A stretch of DNA of 64,000 bases from Macrostomum hystrix (lineage: Eukaryota; Animalia; Platyhelminthes). The stretch's first letter is position 1. Each line of letters opens with the position of its first letter. Location: the NCBI GenBank assembly GCA_950097015.1, contig CATNEN010000033.1, forward strand, positions 4,774,001-4,838,000. Direction: 5' to 3'. Below are positions 12,824 through 24,873 of the stretch, in pieces. Below the pieces are notes generated by a model, which saw nothing but the letters and a program-made list of their open reading frames with translations, was not told where the DNA came from and ran no database searches. The translations under genes and the position numbers were made by a program.

Positions 12824-13173
12824 ATTTACTGTCATTCGTTGCTGCAGCAGCTTGTCCACTACATTGAGTACACGGCTATTGTACTCGGCTTCTGTAGCAA
12901 AGTGCACTGCACGCAAATAGAAATTCGCCTTGCCTCGGGGCCGCACAAAAGCCCGTCTGTCTGTCTGTTCGATGTCCTACGGGCACATTTAACCACAGTG
13001 CTAGGACAAGGGCTGGGTCTGCTGTTCTGCTTGGCGCTTCTTAAAGTCGAACGCAGCTCTCCTGGCATTAGTCGTCAGTTTCCGTCTTGCTGCTCAGTGA
13101 CTGATCACTTTTGATGCCAGATTCTAGTGGCACCTTCGCAGATGAGGTGCTTCTCAGATAAAGATTAGTTGGT

Positions 13174-13235
13174 AACAGGCCGATGCTCAGACCCCGGCTG
13201 CTCCAGTTTGCGTTGACGAGCTTGTCCACGAAGTG
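13174..13235 (-). pseudogene. 62-bp inverted fragment homologous to the GPCR exon at 15390-15451
   Basis: Reverse complement cacttcgtggacaagctcgtcaacgcaaactggagcagccggggtctgagcatcggcctgtt matches 15390-15451 with 5 mismatches. Confidence 0.8.
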
Positions 13236-13299
13236 GGTAGAGCGACAGGCAAAGGGACTGGGACTGGCAAAGGCCAGGCAATAGTGAGCTCCAGTTTTA

Positions 13300-14659
13300 C
13301 TACGGGTGTGTCATAAGTAATGTCACTGTGGTTGTTGTGCGGGAACCCAAAGCAATAATCATCCAAATAGCTCGTATATATTATATATTATATTATATTC
13401 TGAAAGTACATTTATTGAGAAGTTGCCACCACACCTGAGCAGCAATTTTAATGTCTATGGCCAAAACTGTCGCAAGAATTTGTTAATCCGATTTAGCAAG
13501 CGCAACGCGATGAAATCTTCTTTTTGCAACGAGCAAAACTCAACATGAATCACGACAAGACGCACATCCAGTTCTACGCTTTCATTCGCTTCAAGCTTGG
13601 AAAATCTGCACTTGAAGTAGAGGAGGATCTCCGGAACACACTGCCAGACAACTGCCCAACTCGCAGGACAATTTACAGGTGGTTTCAGAACTTTACTGAT
13701 CCTGGGTTCGAATTGGGAGATGCCGCCAGATCTGGACGACCATGTTCAACCAGGACAATAGAGAACATCGAAGTCATCAGCGACCTGGTCAAGGAAGACC
13801 CGCGGCAGTCTGTCAGGGAGCTAGCGGACTGCTTGGAGATTGATTTCAAGACAGTCCATCGCATCTTGACAGAGGATCTCCATCTCCGAAACGTCTGCTC
13901 GGTCTGGGTGCCCCATGACCTCACTGCGGACCAACGTCAGGCCCGTGTGAACTGCGCCAATCAGATCCGCAAGGTGTTCAGCAGCCGGGGCTTGGATGAC
14001 ATCCTAAACTGCCTGGTTGTTGAGGATGAGACCTGGCTCCACCTGGATGGCAAAAGCAGCAAGGCAGACAATCGCTGCTGGCTGGGAGCTGGGGACTCCA
14101 GGCTGACTGTGACCAGGAGGTCCATCTCAGACAAGAAGACCATGCTGCTGGTGGCATTCACGCCAAACAAACGAGTCTCCATCTGTACAACTCCGCCAAA
14201 CACCAAGGTCGATGGCCAGTACTTCATCGACTTTGTCCGACACACTGGGAACCTCTGGCGCACGCTCCGGTCAAATCCGATTCACCTGAACGAAGTTCTG
14301 TGGCAGATGGACAACGCACGGCCTCACACCTGTCAGGCTGTTTCGGATTTTCTGGCTGGACGGCGAGTAAATCTGCTCTGGCAGAGTCCCTACAGCCCAG
14401 ACTTCAACTTGTGCGACAGGTTTCTCTTTAAATGGCTGAAGGCAGACTTTTCCCAGAGAAGTTTCGCAAACCATGATGAGGTCAAAGAAGCCGCGTTGCA
14501 CTGGTTCCGACAGCTGGAGGAAAAACACCTGCAGGCTGAGGTAGAGAAGCTGTACGAGCACTGCCAGAGGGTGATTGATATTGGGGGACACTATGTTGTT
14601 GATTGATTGTTAGTTGGTCTGTTTTACCCTCAGTGACATTACTTATGACACACCCGAAG
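13300..14659 (+). mobile_element. Intact mariner (Tc1/mariner, DD34D) transposon
   Basis: TIR core cgggtgtgtcataagtaatgtcactg at 13303-13328 / 14631-14656, extending 3 bp further with one mismatch. TA at 13298-99 and 14660-61. Confidence 0.95.
13545..14606 (+). CDS. Mariner transposase, 353 aa
   Basis: N-terminal HTH region, WVPHDL, DETW, DNARPH and YSPDFNLCD, with 34 residues between the last two Asp. No stops or frameshifts. Confidence 0.95.
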   Translation: MNHDKTHIQFYAFIRFKLGKSALEVEEDLRNTLPDNCPTRRTIYRWFQNFTDPGFELGDAARSGRPCSTRTIENIEVISDLVKEDPRQSVRELADCLEIDFKTVHRILTEDLHLRNVCSVWVPHDLTADQRQARVNCANQIRKVFSSRGLDDILNCLVVEDETWLHLDGKSSKADNRCWLGAGDSRLTVTRRSISDKKTMLLVAFTPNKRVSICTTPPNTKVDGQYFIDFVRHTGNLWRTLRSNPIHLNEVLWQMDNARPHTCQAVSDFLAGRRVNLLWQSPYSPDFNLCDRFLFKWLKADFSQRSFANHDEVKEAALHWFRQLEEKHLQAEVEKLYEHCQRVIDIGGHYVVD

Positions 14660-15188
14660 TATGACGGACTGGCAGGTGAAACCGTTCCCTGTGGGTTGCA
14701 GCTACTAGTCCACATCCAGACCGAGTATCGAGTTATCGGGCTTACTCATCAGTGAGAATAAAAGTAGCTCATTAGAGCTGGCTACAATCAAAACTTTTCA
14801 ATCTGATTTGGCTAATATAAGCTAAAGCTCAGAAGTCAAGTGGAGATAATTCCAATCCATTCTCTGATGGCTCATGACTCGTTGCATTCGAATCAATATC
14901 TAATAGTCTTGAGAATATTATCAGACACCCCGAGTTCAGCCTTCGGGAAGAAAAGCACCCGCATTAATTGATTGAGTTTTCCGCTCCTTCTCACTGACAA
15001 AGCAGCCCTGTGACACATGATTCCAGACAGCCGCACCCAGAAGCATACGCACCCGATCAATACTCAAAGTTAGGATTAGGCTTCATTCGATGTCACGGCC
15101 TGGGCGTAGTCTCAATTTAACGAACCGTTTCTCAAGACTACTTAAGCAACAGGTGGGAGAACTCAGCGACGTCCAACTCAATGTCAAA

Positions 15189-17824
15189 ATGGCAGAACAA
15201 GCAGTCGCAGTGCTCAGTTTCGTTCTGCTGCTACAGTCCGCTGCTCAATTTGTGAACTACCAGCCCGGTCAGCTGATCTGCACACCTGGTGGCATTATTA
15301 ACCTGGCCGTGGTCGAGAGCACACAGTTCTACTGCGACAGACCCGACACGGCGATGACCGAGTCCGTCTTCCTGCGCAACCTGGCGCCTCACTTCGCGGC
15401 CAAGCTCGTCAACGCGAACTGGAGTAGACGGGGTCTGAGCATCGGCCTGTTGCATCTTGACCCTTGCTACTCTGACCGTCGTGTTGTCGACCTGTTGAAG
15501 CGGGTCAGGCCTGCATGGACCAGTCCCAATGGACTCGGCTTCGGAGGCGGATTCTGTCATCAGCAGGTAAACAGCCTCAGAGAACAGTTCTACTTTGTTC
15601 ACGCAGTCATCTCTGGTTGGAGGAGCAGCGAGACACAGCTAGTGTCCAGCCAGGTGTCTCTCTACTCCATGCCTCAGGTGGGCAACGAGTGCAGCAGCGA
15701 CGCTCTGTCCGACAAGTCGCTCTACCCAAACTTGTTCCGTCTGGTCGCACCAGACAGTTATCAGGCCAAAGCAGTGGTGGATCTTGTGCAGCATTTCAAC
15801 TGGACACTGGTGGGCATTGTGCACAGGGACGACGTTTATGGGAGGGGCCTGCTGCAGAACACTCGATTGCTGCTGCAACAAATTGGTAAGGCTAGGCCAA
15901 ACGTCTGTGTGGCCTTCACTCTAACAGTGAACATATTCCTCAAGATCGAAGATGTACAGGCTCAATTCATCAAGTTTCCGCACCTTCGAGCCTTTCTAAT
16001 ATTTGACTCTTTTGCTAGCCTTCCTGACTTTGTATATGACGCTATTAGCAGCCGAAACGGAATCATTGTGACAACCGACGCAAATTCCGCGGCTTACAAG
16101 AATTACACTTTGGGAGCGCTCTACATTTCGTTCCCGCGATTCGCCACACCCGACTTCATCCGGTTCTACCACTCACTCAATGCAAGCGAGGTTCTCGGAT
16201 TCCCATGGGGAGACCGTCTGCTCAGACTGCTCTTCAACTGCTCAACCGAGGAAGCGGCCGCATGCTGCTCAACTGGAAGCTGTCGAATCGGAGACAAGTC
16301 GAGCGTGTCGACGGACACGGTGGTGGCTCCAGTAGCCAGACTGCTTGACTCGATCAGCATCCTGGTCGCATGCATCGAGAGAGTGGCCATCATCGACTGC
16401 GCCGACGTGTGGCCGAACGTCACGGCCGTGAGTGCGTGCGTCACCGGTCAGAAGGTGATGAGGCTGTTGTCGAATTCCAGCTTCCCGTTCATGCGAACTG
16501 GAAACGTGAGCTTCGATGCCAATGGTGATGGATCTCCGGCGTACGAGGTTCGTCAAGAGCAGCCGGACGGTCGACTGACGAAGGTCGGGACGTGGACGGA
16601 GAGCTCGGGTCTTGTGCTGACCGGCTCGGACCTCACACCAATCCGTTGGTGGAGAAACTCGAGCTGGGACCCGCACCAACTGCAGCAGCAGGTGCCGAGC
16701 TCATTCTGCAGTGTTCCATGCAGTGCGGGTGAGATCAGACTTGACACTGACGCCTGCTGCTTCACATGCAAGGCCTGCTTCAAGCAGGAGGTCGTGTCCG
16801 TCGACGGCAGGTCGTGCTTGTCGTGTCCCGAGTTCCACTGGCCCAGTGCAGACCGACTGAGCTGCGACCCGATCTCGGTGTACGTGTGGCGAGACGGCAT
16901 GCAGTTTCCGTTGCTGCTTGCTAGTCTCGCAGTGCTGTTGATTTTCCTGCTCATTGTTTCGGCCATGTTCATCAACCAACGAGAGCACAAGCTCATCAAG
17001 GCCTCGTCGATTCACCTGTCCGTCACCTGCATGAGCGGCAACCTACTGGGCATTGTGTGTCTGGCTCTGTTCACAGCGGACAGCTCCGATGCAGTGTGCA
17101 ACGCTCTGAACTGCTCGTTCCAGCTCAGTCTGAGCGCCTGCTACGCCAGTCAGTTGGTGAAGACTCTGCGAGTTCACCTGATTTTCTCTGCGTCCACGAT
17201 GGGTCGTCCGGTTCCATGGCTCGCCAGACAGAAGCCGATGCTCATCGCGCTGACAACTGTTATCCTTGGGATGGTGAGTCTTTTCGCACATCAGCACTTG
17301 AGCAGTAATCCTGCTGAATCAGTTTCATTGTAGGTCATTCGAATGATCTGTTGCAGTGCGCTCTGCTCACCGTGGTGACGACACTCCGACCGCTCAGAGC
17401 GCAGCTCAACCAAATCGTGACAGATTCTCTGAAGCCGCCGTTCGTCGAGAGGAACTGCGCGATCGCGGCCACGGCGTTCTGGACGCCGCTGTGTTGCAAC
17501 CTGCTCATCCTGTCTGTCACCTGCGGCCTGTCGCTGAAGACGCGTTCTCTGCCCGACAACTTTCACGACACAAAGTGCATCTTGGCCAGCGGAGTTTCCG
17601 GCCTCTTCTTGTGGTCCGCCTTCGTTCCGTCCGCCCTCACGGCCAACTCGCTGACCACCGCGATGCTGCTACTCGCGTTCTCGTGCAGCCTCACCCACGC
17701 GCTGCTGCTCTCTATCCTGTTCGCACCGAAGCTGTACGCCGTATACGCGAGGTCCGACGCGGAGAACAACGTGCAGTTCTACGCGGCAAACACCGCAACT
17801 TCCGTCACTGTGTCGCGGTCTTAG
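15189..17824 (+). CDS. Class C GPCR (mGluR/CaSR/taste-like), paralog B; exons 15189-17273 and 17357-17824
   Basis: Signal peptide MAEQAVAVLSFVLLL; Venus-flytrap motifs LSDKSLYPNLFR, PDSYQA, FNWTLV; Cys-rich domain CSVPC..CCFTC..C..C..C; 7TM ending FAPKLY. 83-nt GT-AG intron at 17274-17356. Confidence 0.93.
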
Positions 17825-17963
17825 TGGCGAAATCCACTCAGAGTGTGTGAAATTTTTGCGCCTGGCGTATTTGACCGTCAATCGTTTTGGTCACTTGTCT
17901 CTAAACTCTATATTTGCGTTTCCAGTAGAGTAGTTTTGGGCATCCGTCTCCTTTTGTACCATT

Positions 17964-18253
17964 TGTTTGTGAGCTTGTTCTCAACTATTGAAAAGAAACT
18001 AAGTAGGCCGTCAATTGAGCTTTGAAACTATAGGCTATAAACGACGCGGTCACTCTCAGCGCTGCTAACGACCAGTAGTCTATTTAAATCAATTTAATTG
18101 GGGTGGGCAAATAAACGTACATGCTGAAGTCCAAGAATGAGTTGCCGCCAGAGAGAAAATGACTCAGCGCATGGGGGGTAGAAATTGAGTACGCGTGCAA
18201 TAAATTTCAAATAATGAAAAATAATAATATATTGAAACATACTCTTTAAACCA
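17964..18253 (-). repeat. 3' LTR of the BEL/Pao element
   Basis: Identical by eye to 24584-24873. Preceded on the minus strand by the purine tract aaggtggggagta (18254-18266). Confidence 0.95.
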
Positions 18254-19026
18254 TACTCCCCACCTTGACATGTCTATGGCAAAACCTGACTTGCATTCAA
18301 TACTGTAGTACAAGAATCATTGATACGTGCGCAGTGGAAGCTAGAGAGGTGTAGCAAGGCCCGTTGCAAGTGAACACTAATGACTAAATACGTTGCAACG
18401 GCACCGGAACAATTAGATTGGACAATTTAACTTTAGCTAAACAAAAAACCGCAAACGGGAAATCTAGTTAGCGTCAACATAGAACGTCAAAATTTAGTTG
18501 CAGTGGAAGCAAAATATAGCCTAAACGTTAGAAATTTTTTAATGAAAGCTAAATTACATTGATTGAAAACGACAAATATTTAATTAAACTGAAGCAAATG
18601 AATAATAAGCGAAAAAACGAGCAAAATTGTAAACAAAGATTCACCGCCACCAAACTTTTACTGAAAAGTACAGTGCAATTAAGCAAATAAAGTGCATGAC
18701 TCATTTTTTTTAACAATTGCAAGCAAATTGAAAGCAACTGAACTCTCACTAATTTAGCAAAGTACGAGTAGAAACATAATCACTTGAAACACTTCGTATA
18801 TAACTTTGGCGAAGATAATGAAAAACGCAAAATTTTAAACCGACAACCTGTTAACAATTCGCCGTGGACGCACAGTTGTCTCAATGGGACGACACATTAA
18901 ACCCTGAACACAATAAACACTCGAAAAAACACTACCTCACAAAGTCAAACAGTAACTTTAACTTCAACACAAAACTCTAGAAAAGTTTGCAGTCCATAAA
19001 TTGATCAGTCATTAGTTCACTCAAAT

Positions 19027-22000
19027 TCAATAAGTTATCAATGGGCACAGCTTGTTGATAGGCCTGATCAGCATCCTATCCGCCACTTGCACCTTCGCTA
19101 CTCGCACGTGGCCGTCGCTGCCCGGGTACACCTCCAGAACTCGAGCCAGCGGCCAGTGTCCCCGCGGGCTGTCATGGCAGACGTACAGAACGACATCGCC
19201 AGGCTTCAGGTCGGGCTGCACTCGCCGCCACTTGCTCCTAGCTCCGAGGCCGGGTAGCCACTCTCGCAACCACCGACGCCAGAACGCCTTCACCAGCTGC
19301 TGCACGTAACGCCACCGCTTGGTAGGATTGAACGCCTCATCAGCTGCGATCTCCGGTGCCAGCTGCCCGCCGACGTGTCCGTACAGAAAATGCGCCGGCG
19401 TCAGGACAGGATCGTCGCCCGGATGCGATGACTGGTATGTCAACGGCCGCGAGTTCAACAGCGACTCAGCTCCCGTAAACGCTGTCACCAGCTCCTCATC
19501 GCTGACTTCTGCTGTTGTCAGGATCGCACTGATCGCTTTCTTTGCCGACTTAATCATGGACTCGTGGACACCGCCGAAGTGCGGAGCTGCAGGTGGATTA
19601 AAATGCCACTTGATCGGCATGTGGCATGTGCGCAACTGCAATTCGTTCTTGTCCACCGACTTCCACAGCGCTTTCAATTCTTTGTCGGCTCCTACGAAAT
19701 TTGTTCCATTGTCTGAAAATATTTCTTGAATCTGACCTCGGCGGCTGATCATTCTAAATAGAGCATTAAGGAAACTGCTCGTATCAAGGCCGTACGCCAT
19801 CTCCAAGTGGACTGCACGCGTTGCCATGCACGTGAAGAGCGTCAAGTAACGCTTCTGCCGAACACGTCCTCGACCCTGCTTCGTCAGGAATGGTCCGCCG
19901 AAATCCACTGACACCTTCGTGAACGCTCTTAGTGGTTCTAGCCGATCTGGAGGCAATGGCGCCATTAACTGCGAAGCTGGCTTGGCTCTTCTTCTCTTGC
20001 ACTCCGAACACTTAGCTTCCCAATCTCGAATGGCTTCACGGCCTGCTGGAATCCAAAATCGCGCGGTCAATGCTGCGAGTACTTGATTGGTGCCGCCATG
20101 GTACGCTCTTTCGTGGTGGTGTTTGATGATCAGCTCTGTCACTGGATGGTGCTTTGGCAAAATAATCGGCGATCGGGTGCTAAAGGGCAGTGCTTCGGCT
20201 CGCTGCAGTCGGCTCTCCGAGCGGATCACGCCATTCGGATCGATTTTCGGATGCATGCCGGCCAGCTTGCTGCTCTCAACAACGCTCTTGTTCTTCTTCA
20301 AGGCGGAAAGCTCCGTACTAAATGCATCTTGCTGAGCTTCCTTGATGATTCTTAGCTCAGCATCCTCCAGCTCTGCCGGTTGTAGCTCTCCTCGAGTTCG
20401 GTGCTGTGGTTCGAAACGGCAGTTGTTGACGAACCGACTGATCCAAGCATTCAACCGCAAGAAGCGCAGCCAACTTGAGAACCTACTCGGGTCAAGCCGT
20501 TCTATTGTTCTGCGTTGCTCGCAGCTGACAAGATTCGCACTCAGGACCACCTCGGCCGCGACTGAATTCTTCTTAGAATTCCGCGTTTCTAGGCCCTCTG
20601 GTCGCTCTAGCACGGTGCTTGGCCATGCGCACTGCTCTTGATGCAGAAACTCCGGACCGCTCTTCCATGTCTGCTCCTCGGTCAGCTGACTGATTTTGGC
20701 TCCTCGTGACAGCAGATCCGCAGGATTGCACGCTGTCGGCACGTATCGCCACTGAATCGGATCAGTTGCCTGCTGGATTTCACCGACGCGATTCGCAACG
20801 AACGACTTGAAGAAACGGCCTCTGCCACGAATCCAGTACAGGACATTCATGCTGTCGGACCAGAAAACTGCGTCCTTGATGTTGATCTCCAGCGCCTTGG
20901 CAATCTTGACCGTAAGATGAAGCCCAACGACTGCTGCCATTAGCTCCAGCCTCGGGATGCTCATGGTTGCTACGGGTGCAACTCGAGACTTCGCCGCGAT
21001 GAGACGAACGGATGTTGAGAAGTCGGCATACTTGCATCTTAGATAGCACACCGCTCCGTAGGCCTTTTCAGAAGCGTCAACGAAACAGTGTAGCTGAGAC
21101 TGAGTAGGCACACTAGAGAGCTGCAGACAACGGTCAACTCGAAAGCAGTTCAAAGTCGCCAAGTCGTCGCACCATGCTTGGATTCTCTTTTGTAGGACTT
21201 CATCCGGCGCTTCATCCCAGTCAAGCCCGCTGCACCACAGCTCCTGAAGGAGAATTTTTGCCTGTGCCGTGAATGGTGCAATGAGGCCGAGAGGATCGTA
21301 AACTGACGCTAATCTCTTGAGTAGCTCCCTCTTCGACTTGACTGGACTCGACTTGCTATCAGCAGCAAAGGTGAACTCATCGTCTTCACCTTTCCAGACG
21401 ACTCCAAGCGTCTTCGAAACCGGCAACGGTTGTCCATCCAGGTTCACCTCCGCGACCCTATCCTCCGGGGCGACACGCGCAAGCAATTCTCTTGAGTTAG
21501 AGATCCACTTTCGGGCATGCATGCCAGCTCGCTCCCACAATTGACTGAGCTCCTGGTACAACTGAATGGCATCTGCGTCAGTTTTCTTAGAATCCAGACA
21601 GTCATCCATATAAGTCGACTGGAGTACCGTTTCTGCTGCAGCAGGAAACTCATGCTTCAACTTCTTCGCGTGCTCTTGTGTCACAAATTGCGCCAGAAAT
21701 GGTGAGCTCGTTGCTCCAAAAACGACTCTGTTGAACTCGAATGTCTGCGGTGCCTTCATCGGATCCATGTCCCGCCAAAGAAAACTGTGCGCTGCTCGAT
21801 CTTCTGGTGCGATCTCAATTTGCAGGTACATTTCAGAAATGTCGCAAGCAACTGCTACTGGATGTCTTCTGAAGCGCAGCAGAACGCCAACCAGATCTTG
21901 CTGAAGCTTCGGCCCTGCCAGCATCAGGCTGTTCAAAGACTGTTCGCCTCCCGCAGAAGCATCGAAGACGATGCGAACTTTTGTCGTTGCTTTGTCCATC

Positions 22001-24499
22001 CGTACTACTGGAAAATGCGGAAGGTAGTACCGGTTCGCAGGCTCTTGTTCATTTTGAAGCACCCTCCTGATGTAGCCAATTTTCTCATAGCGATCGATTA
22101 CATCCTGGTACTGCTTTGCTACTTCCAGGTCCTTCAAGAGCCGCTTCTCGGTGTTGCCTAGCCGCTTGATGGCCATCTCGAAGTTGTTGGTCTGGATCTT
22201 CACGTCCGCTCTCCATGGAACACCAACTTGGTAGCGCCCGTTGACGAACTTTAGTGACGACCTAGTACGCTCCAACGCAATCTGCTCTTCCTCTGTGACT
22301 AGAGCTGATTCCATTCGTTGAACCTCCTCCACCTCCCAGAATTGACGTAACAATGGCTCCAGGTTCTCAATCCTACTTCCACTGAAGAACGTATTTGCGA
22401 ACAATGAACGCTCCGAAACTTCATCAACCTTGCCGATGCACGTCCAACCCAAAGGCGTTAGTCGGGCTTGCGGATCTCCAGGCTTACCACAAACTTCCAG
22501 GCGGGATGAATGCAAGTCGGCATAGTCGACACCGATCAGCAGATCAACAATCGGCGGTGTCTGCATCTTCTCGAACGGAATGCTAGCCAAGTGCGGCCAC
22601 TTCGACGCCAATTTCTGCCAGTCTACGACTTCCATGCTTCCGGTGACACTGTCCGTCGTGAAAGCCGTGATCTGCTTACTGATCTGTCCATCCACACTCT
22701 CCAACGTGCATGTTACTGGCGCTGTCATAAAAGTCTCAACTTGTCCATTCATCACATTCACCTGAACTGATTCCTGCTTGCCTTGCAATCCCAGCTCTGC
22801 GGCGATCTCTGCATTCAAGTACGTCTTCGTGCTGGCGTCATCCAGCAAGGCGTTGACCTTCACCGCACGTCTATTCGACTTAAGAATGACTGGCACTGTT
22901 CGCAGCGACACTGCACTAGCCTCCCTGGACACCATAGTCACAGTTTCTGCTTTTGGCTGGTATTTCTCAGCTTGCTGCTTTGCCGCTGAAGCTGCCTCGG
23001 GCTTTTCTTTTGCCTCTGATCTTGCTGTTGAATGCAGCAAACGATGGTGTGTTTTGCTGCAACCGTCAATGCCACACTTGCGACCTCGTCGACAGTTCAT
23101 AGCACTGTGGCCATGTCCTAGACACCGGAAACAAGCCCTGGCTTCCTGAGCAGCTTTCCATCGATTTTCGGACGACAGCTTTGCAAACACTGGACACTTC
23201 CACAGTTCGTGCGGCTCCTTGCAAACAACACAAGAGTACCTCTCGCCTGAGCTTTTGCTTTGATGCATCACGTGGAAAGTCTTCTGCTTCCCTTCTTTCT
23301 TTGGTTGCTCCTGGTTGGAAGTGGCTACTCCGTGCACAATCTCTGCTGCCTGAGTCCGGAACTCGGACTCACGCAGCACCCATTCTCGAAGTGTCCTTAC
23401 ACCCTCTGCTTTCTCTTTCTCGAATAGCCAACGGCGAAACGCTGCGACCATCGGCTCTGGGAGCTTTTTCTGCAATCTAGCATACAGTAGGCCATCGCTG
23501 AGTTCGGTGTTCTTGCCAGCTTCTTCTAGATTAATAACAGCAACGTCTAAGAGATTCGCAAACTTCTTCAACTCCTCTGCACTATTCTGCTTCACAGGTG
23601 GAGAACTGTCTAATTCTTCTAAATAAAGAGCCAACTGCCTCCTCTTGCCACCATACTCTCGCTCCAGCCTCTCCTTCGCCGCCTCATACGCCGCTGCCGA
23701 GTGACCCAGGTGCTCGATCACTTTCAGCGCTGCTCCCTTCAGATACTGGCGCAGCTGAAGCAGCTTGAATTCCGGAGTTGCAGGCGCCCTATCAATGCAA
23801 GCCATAAAGGCTGCCTTCCACGCTTCATACTGCTGCTTGTCGCCATAAAAGGTAGGAATCTCCACTCTACGGAGCATCTTCCAGAGATCCTTCGATAGTT
23901 GCTGCTCTGAAGAATTGCCCACTCTACGCTCACAGCAGTCACCAGAAGCGCTGGCTAGATCATCGTCCTCCTTCTCGAAACCCCTTCGCTGGTTTGAAGA
24001 CAGGTAGCCAAACTCACCACTCCATCCTCTGTACGGATTTTGCTGCTGTTGACTTTGCAGGAGCTCCGGCGCCGCCTCGCTGAATCCGAATCGCTGGCCT
24101 CGGCTGGCTCCACACAGTGGCTGAGCCGCTGCTGCCGCTGCTGCCTCCTCAGGTGCCGCCGTAGCTGTAGTCGATGTTGTTCGCGGTGCTGTGCGGCCCA
24201 TGAGGTACCGCTGAACCGCCTGCATAGCTGTTCTATAGTCGTCCTCGATTGTGTCGATCTCGTCGAGCAGCTTTTTCTGTGCCCCTGGATCCGGTTGCTG
24301 TTCTAGCTCATCGCAACGCTTTGGTGACGGTCTCGCATTCTCTCTGAATGGCCTCCTTTTCGTCTGTGATGAGCAACCACGAGAGCCTACTGCGGCTCTT
24401 GGTGAGTGCAGACTTGCACTTTGCCTTTTGTCGCCTAAGAGCGTTCAGCGATGACACGTCGAGCTCTGGCGGTTTCTTCTGTTCTTCATCGTCGCTCAT
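19027..24499 (-). CDS. BEL/Pao gag-pol polyprotein with a +1 frameshift at about 24313
   Basis: Three Cys/His knuckles, protease LLDDAST, RT YMDD, RNase H FVDASEKAYG, integrase HHCC plus DFGGP/SDNGTNF. The short ORF 24499-24308 joins the 1732-aa frame if one base is removed (ALDELEQ). Confidence 0.92.
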
Positions 24500-24562
24500 T
24501 TCTGCCTACTGTATTGGCTAGCTCGGACTTGCACTATTATAAGCGATGTCTGGTGGCTTGAC

Positions 24563-24581
24563 AAACCACGCTCTGCTACCA
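24563..24581 (-). promoter_or_regulatory. Primer-binding site (initiator tRNA-Met type)
   Basis: TGGTAGCAGAGCGTGGTTT, 2 nt inside the 5' LTR. Complementary to a tRNA 3' end ...CUCUGCUACCA, as in initiator Met tRNAs. Confidence 0.85.
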
Positions 24582-24583
24582 AA

Positions 24584-24873
24584 TGTTTGTGAGCTTGTTC
24601 TCAACTATTGAAAAGAAACTAAGTAGGCCGTCAATTGAGCTTTGAAACTATAGGCTATAAACGACGCGGTCACTCTCAGCGCTGCTAACGACCAGTAGTC
24701 TATTTAAATCAATTTAATTGGGGTGGGCAAATAAACGTACATGCTGAAGTCCAAGAATGAGTTGCCGCCAGAGAGAAAATGACTCAGCGCATGGGGGGTA
24801 GAAATTGAGTACGCGTGCAATAAATTTCAAATAATGAAAAATAATAATATATTGAAACATACTCTTTAAACCA
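24584..24873 (-). repeat. 5' LTR of the BEL/Pao element
   Basis: 290 bp, TGGTTTAAAG...AAACA on the minus strand. Confidence 0.95.

Larger units (their letters stand above)
17964..24873 (-). mobile_element. Full-length BEL/Pao LTR retrotransposon
   Basis: Identical 290-bp TG..CA LTRs, 5-bp TSD CCATT (17959-63, 24874-78), PBS, PPT and a gag-pol in PR-RT-RH-IN order. Confidence 0.97.

Noticed and set aside
18254-19026. env-like third ORF in the BEL element
   Set aside because: Only a 66-codon low-complexity ORF; the region looks like an AT-rich 3' UTR.
19052-24454. Numerous plus-strand ORFs overlapping the BEL gag-pol (likewise those antisense to the GPCR, cGLR and Gypsy pol)
   Set aside because: Antisense shadows of GC-rich coding sequence with no independent domain signal.
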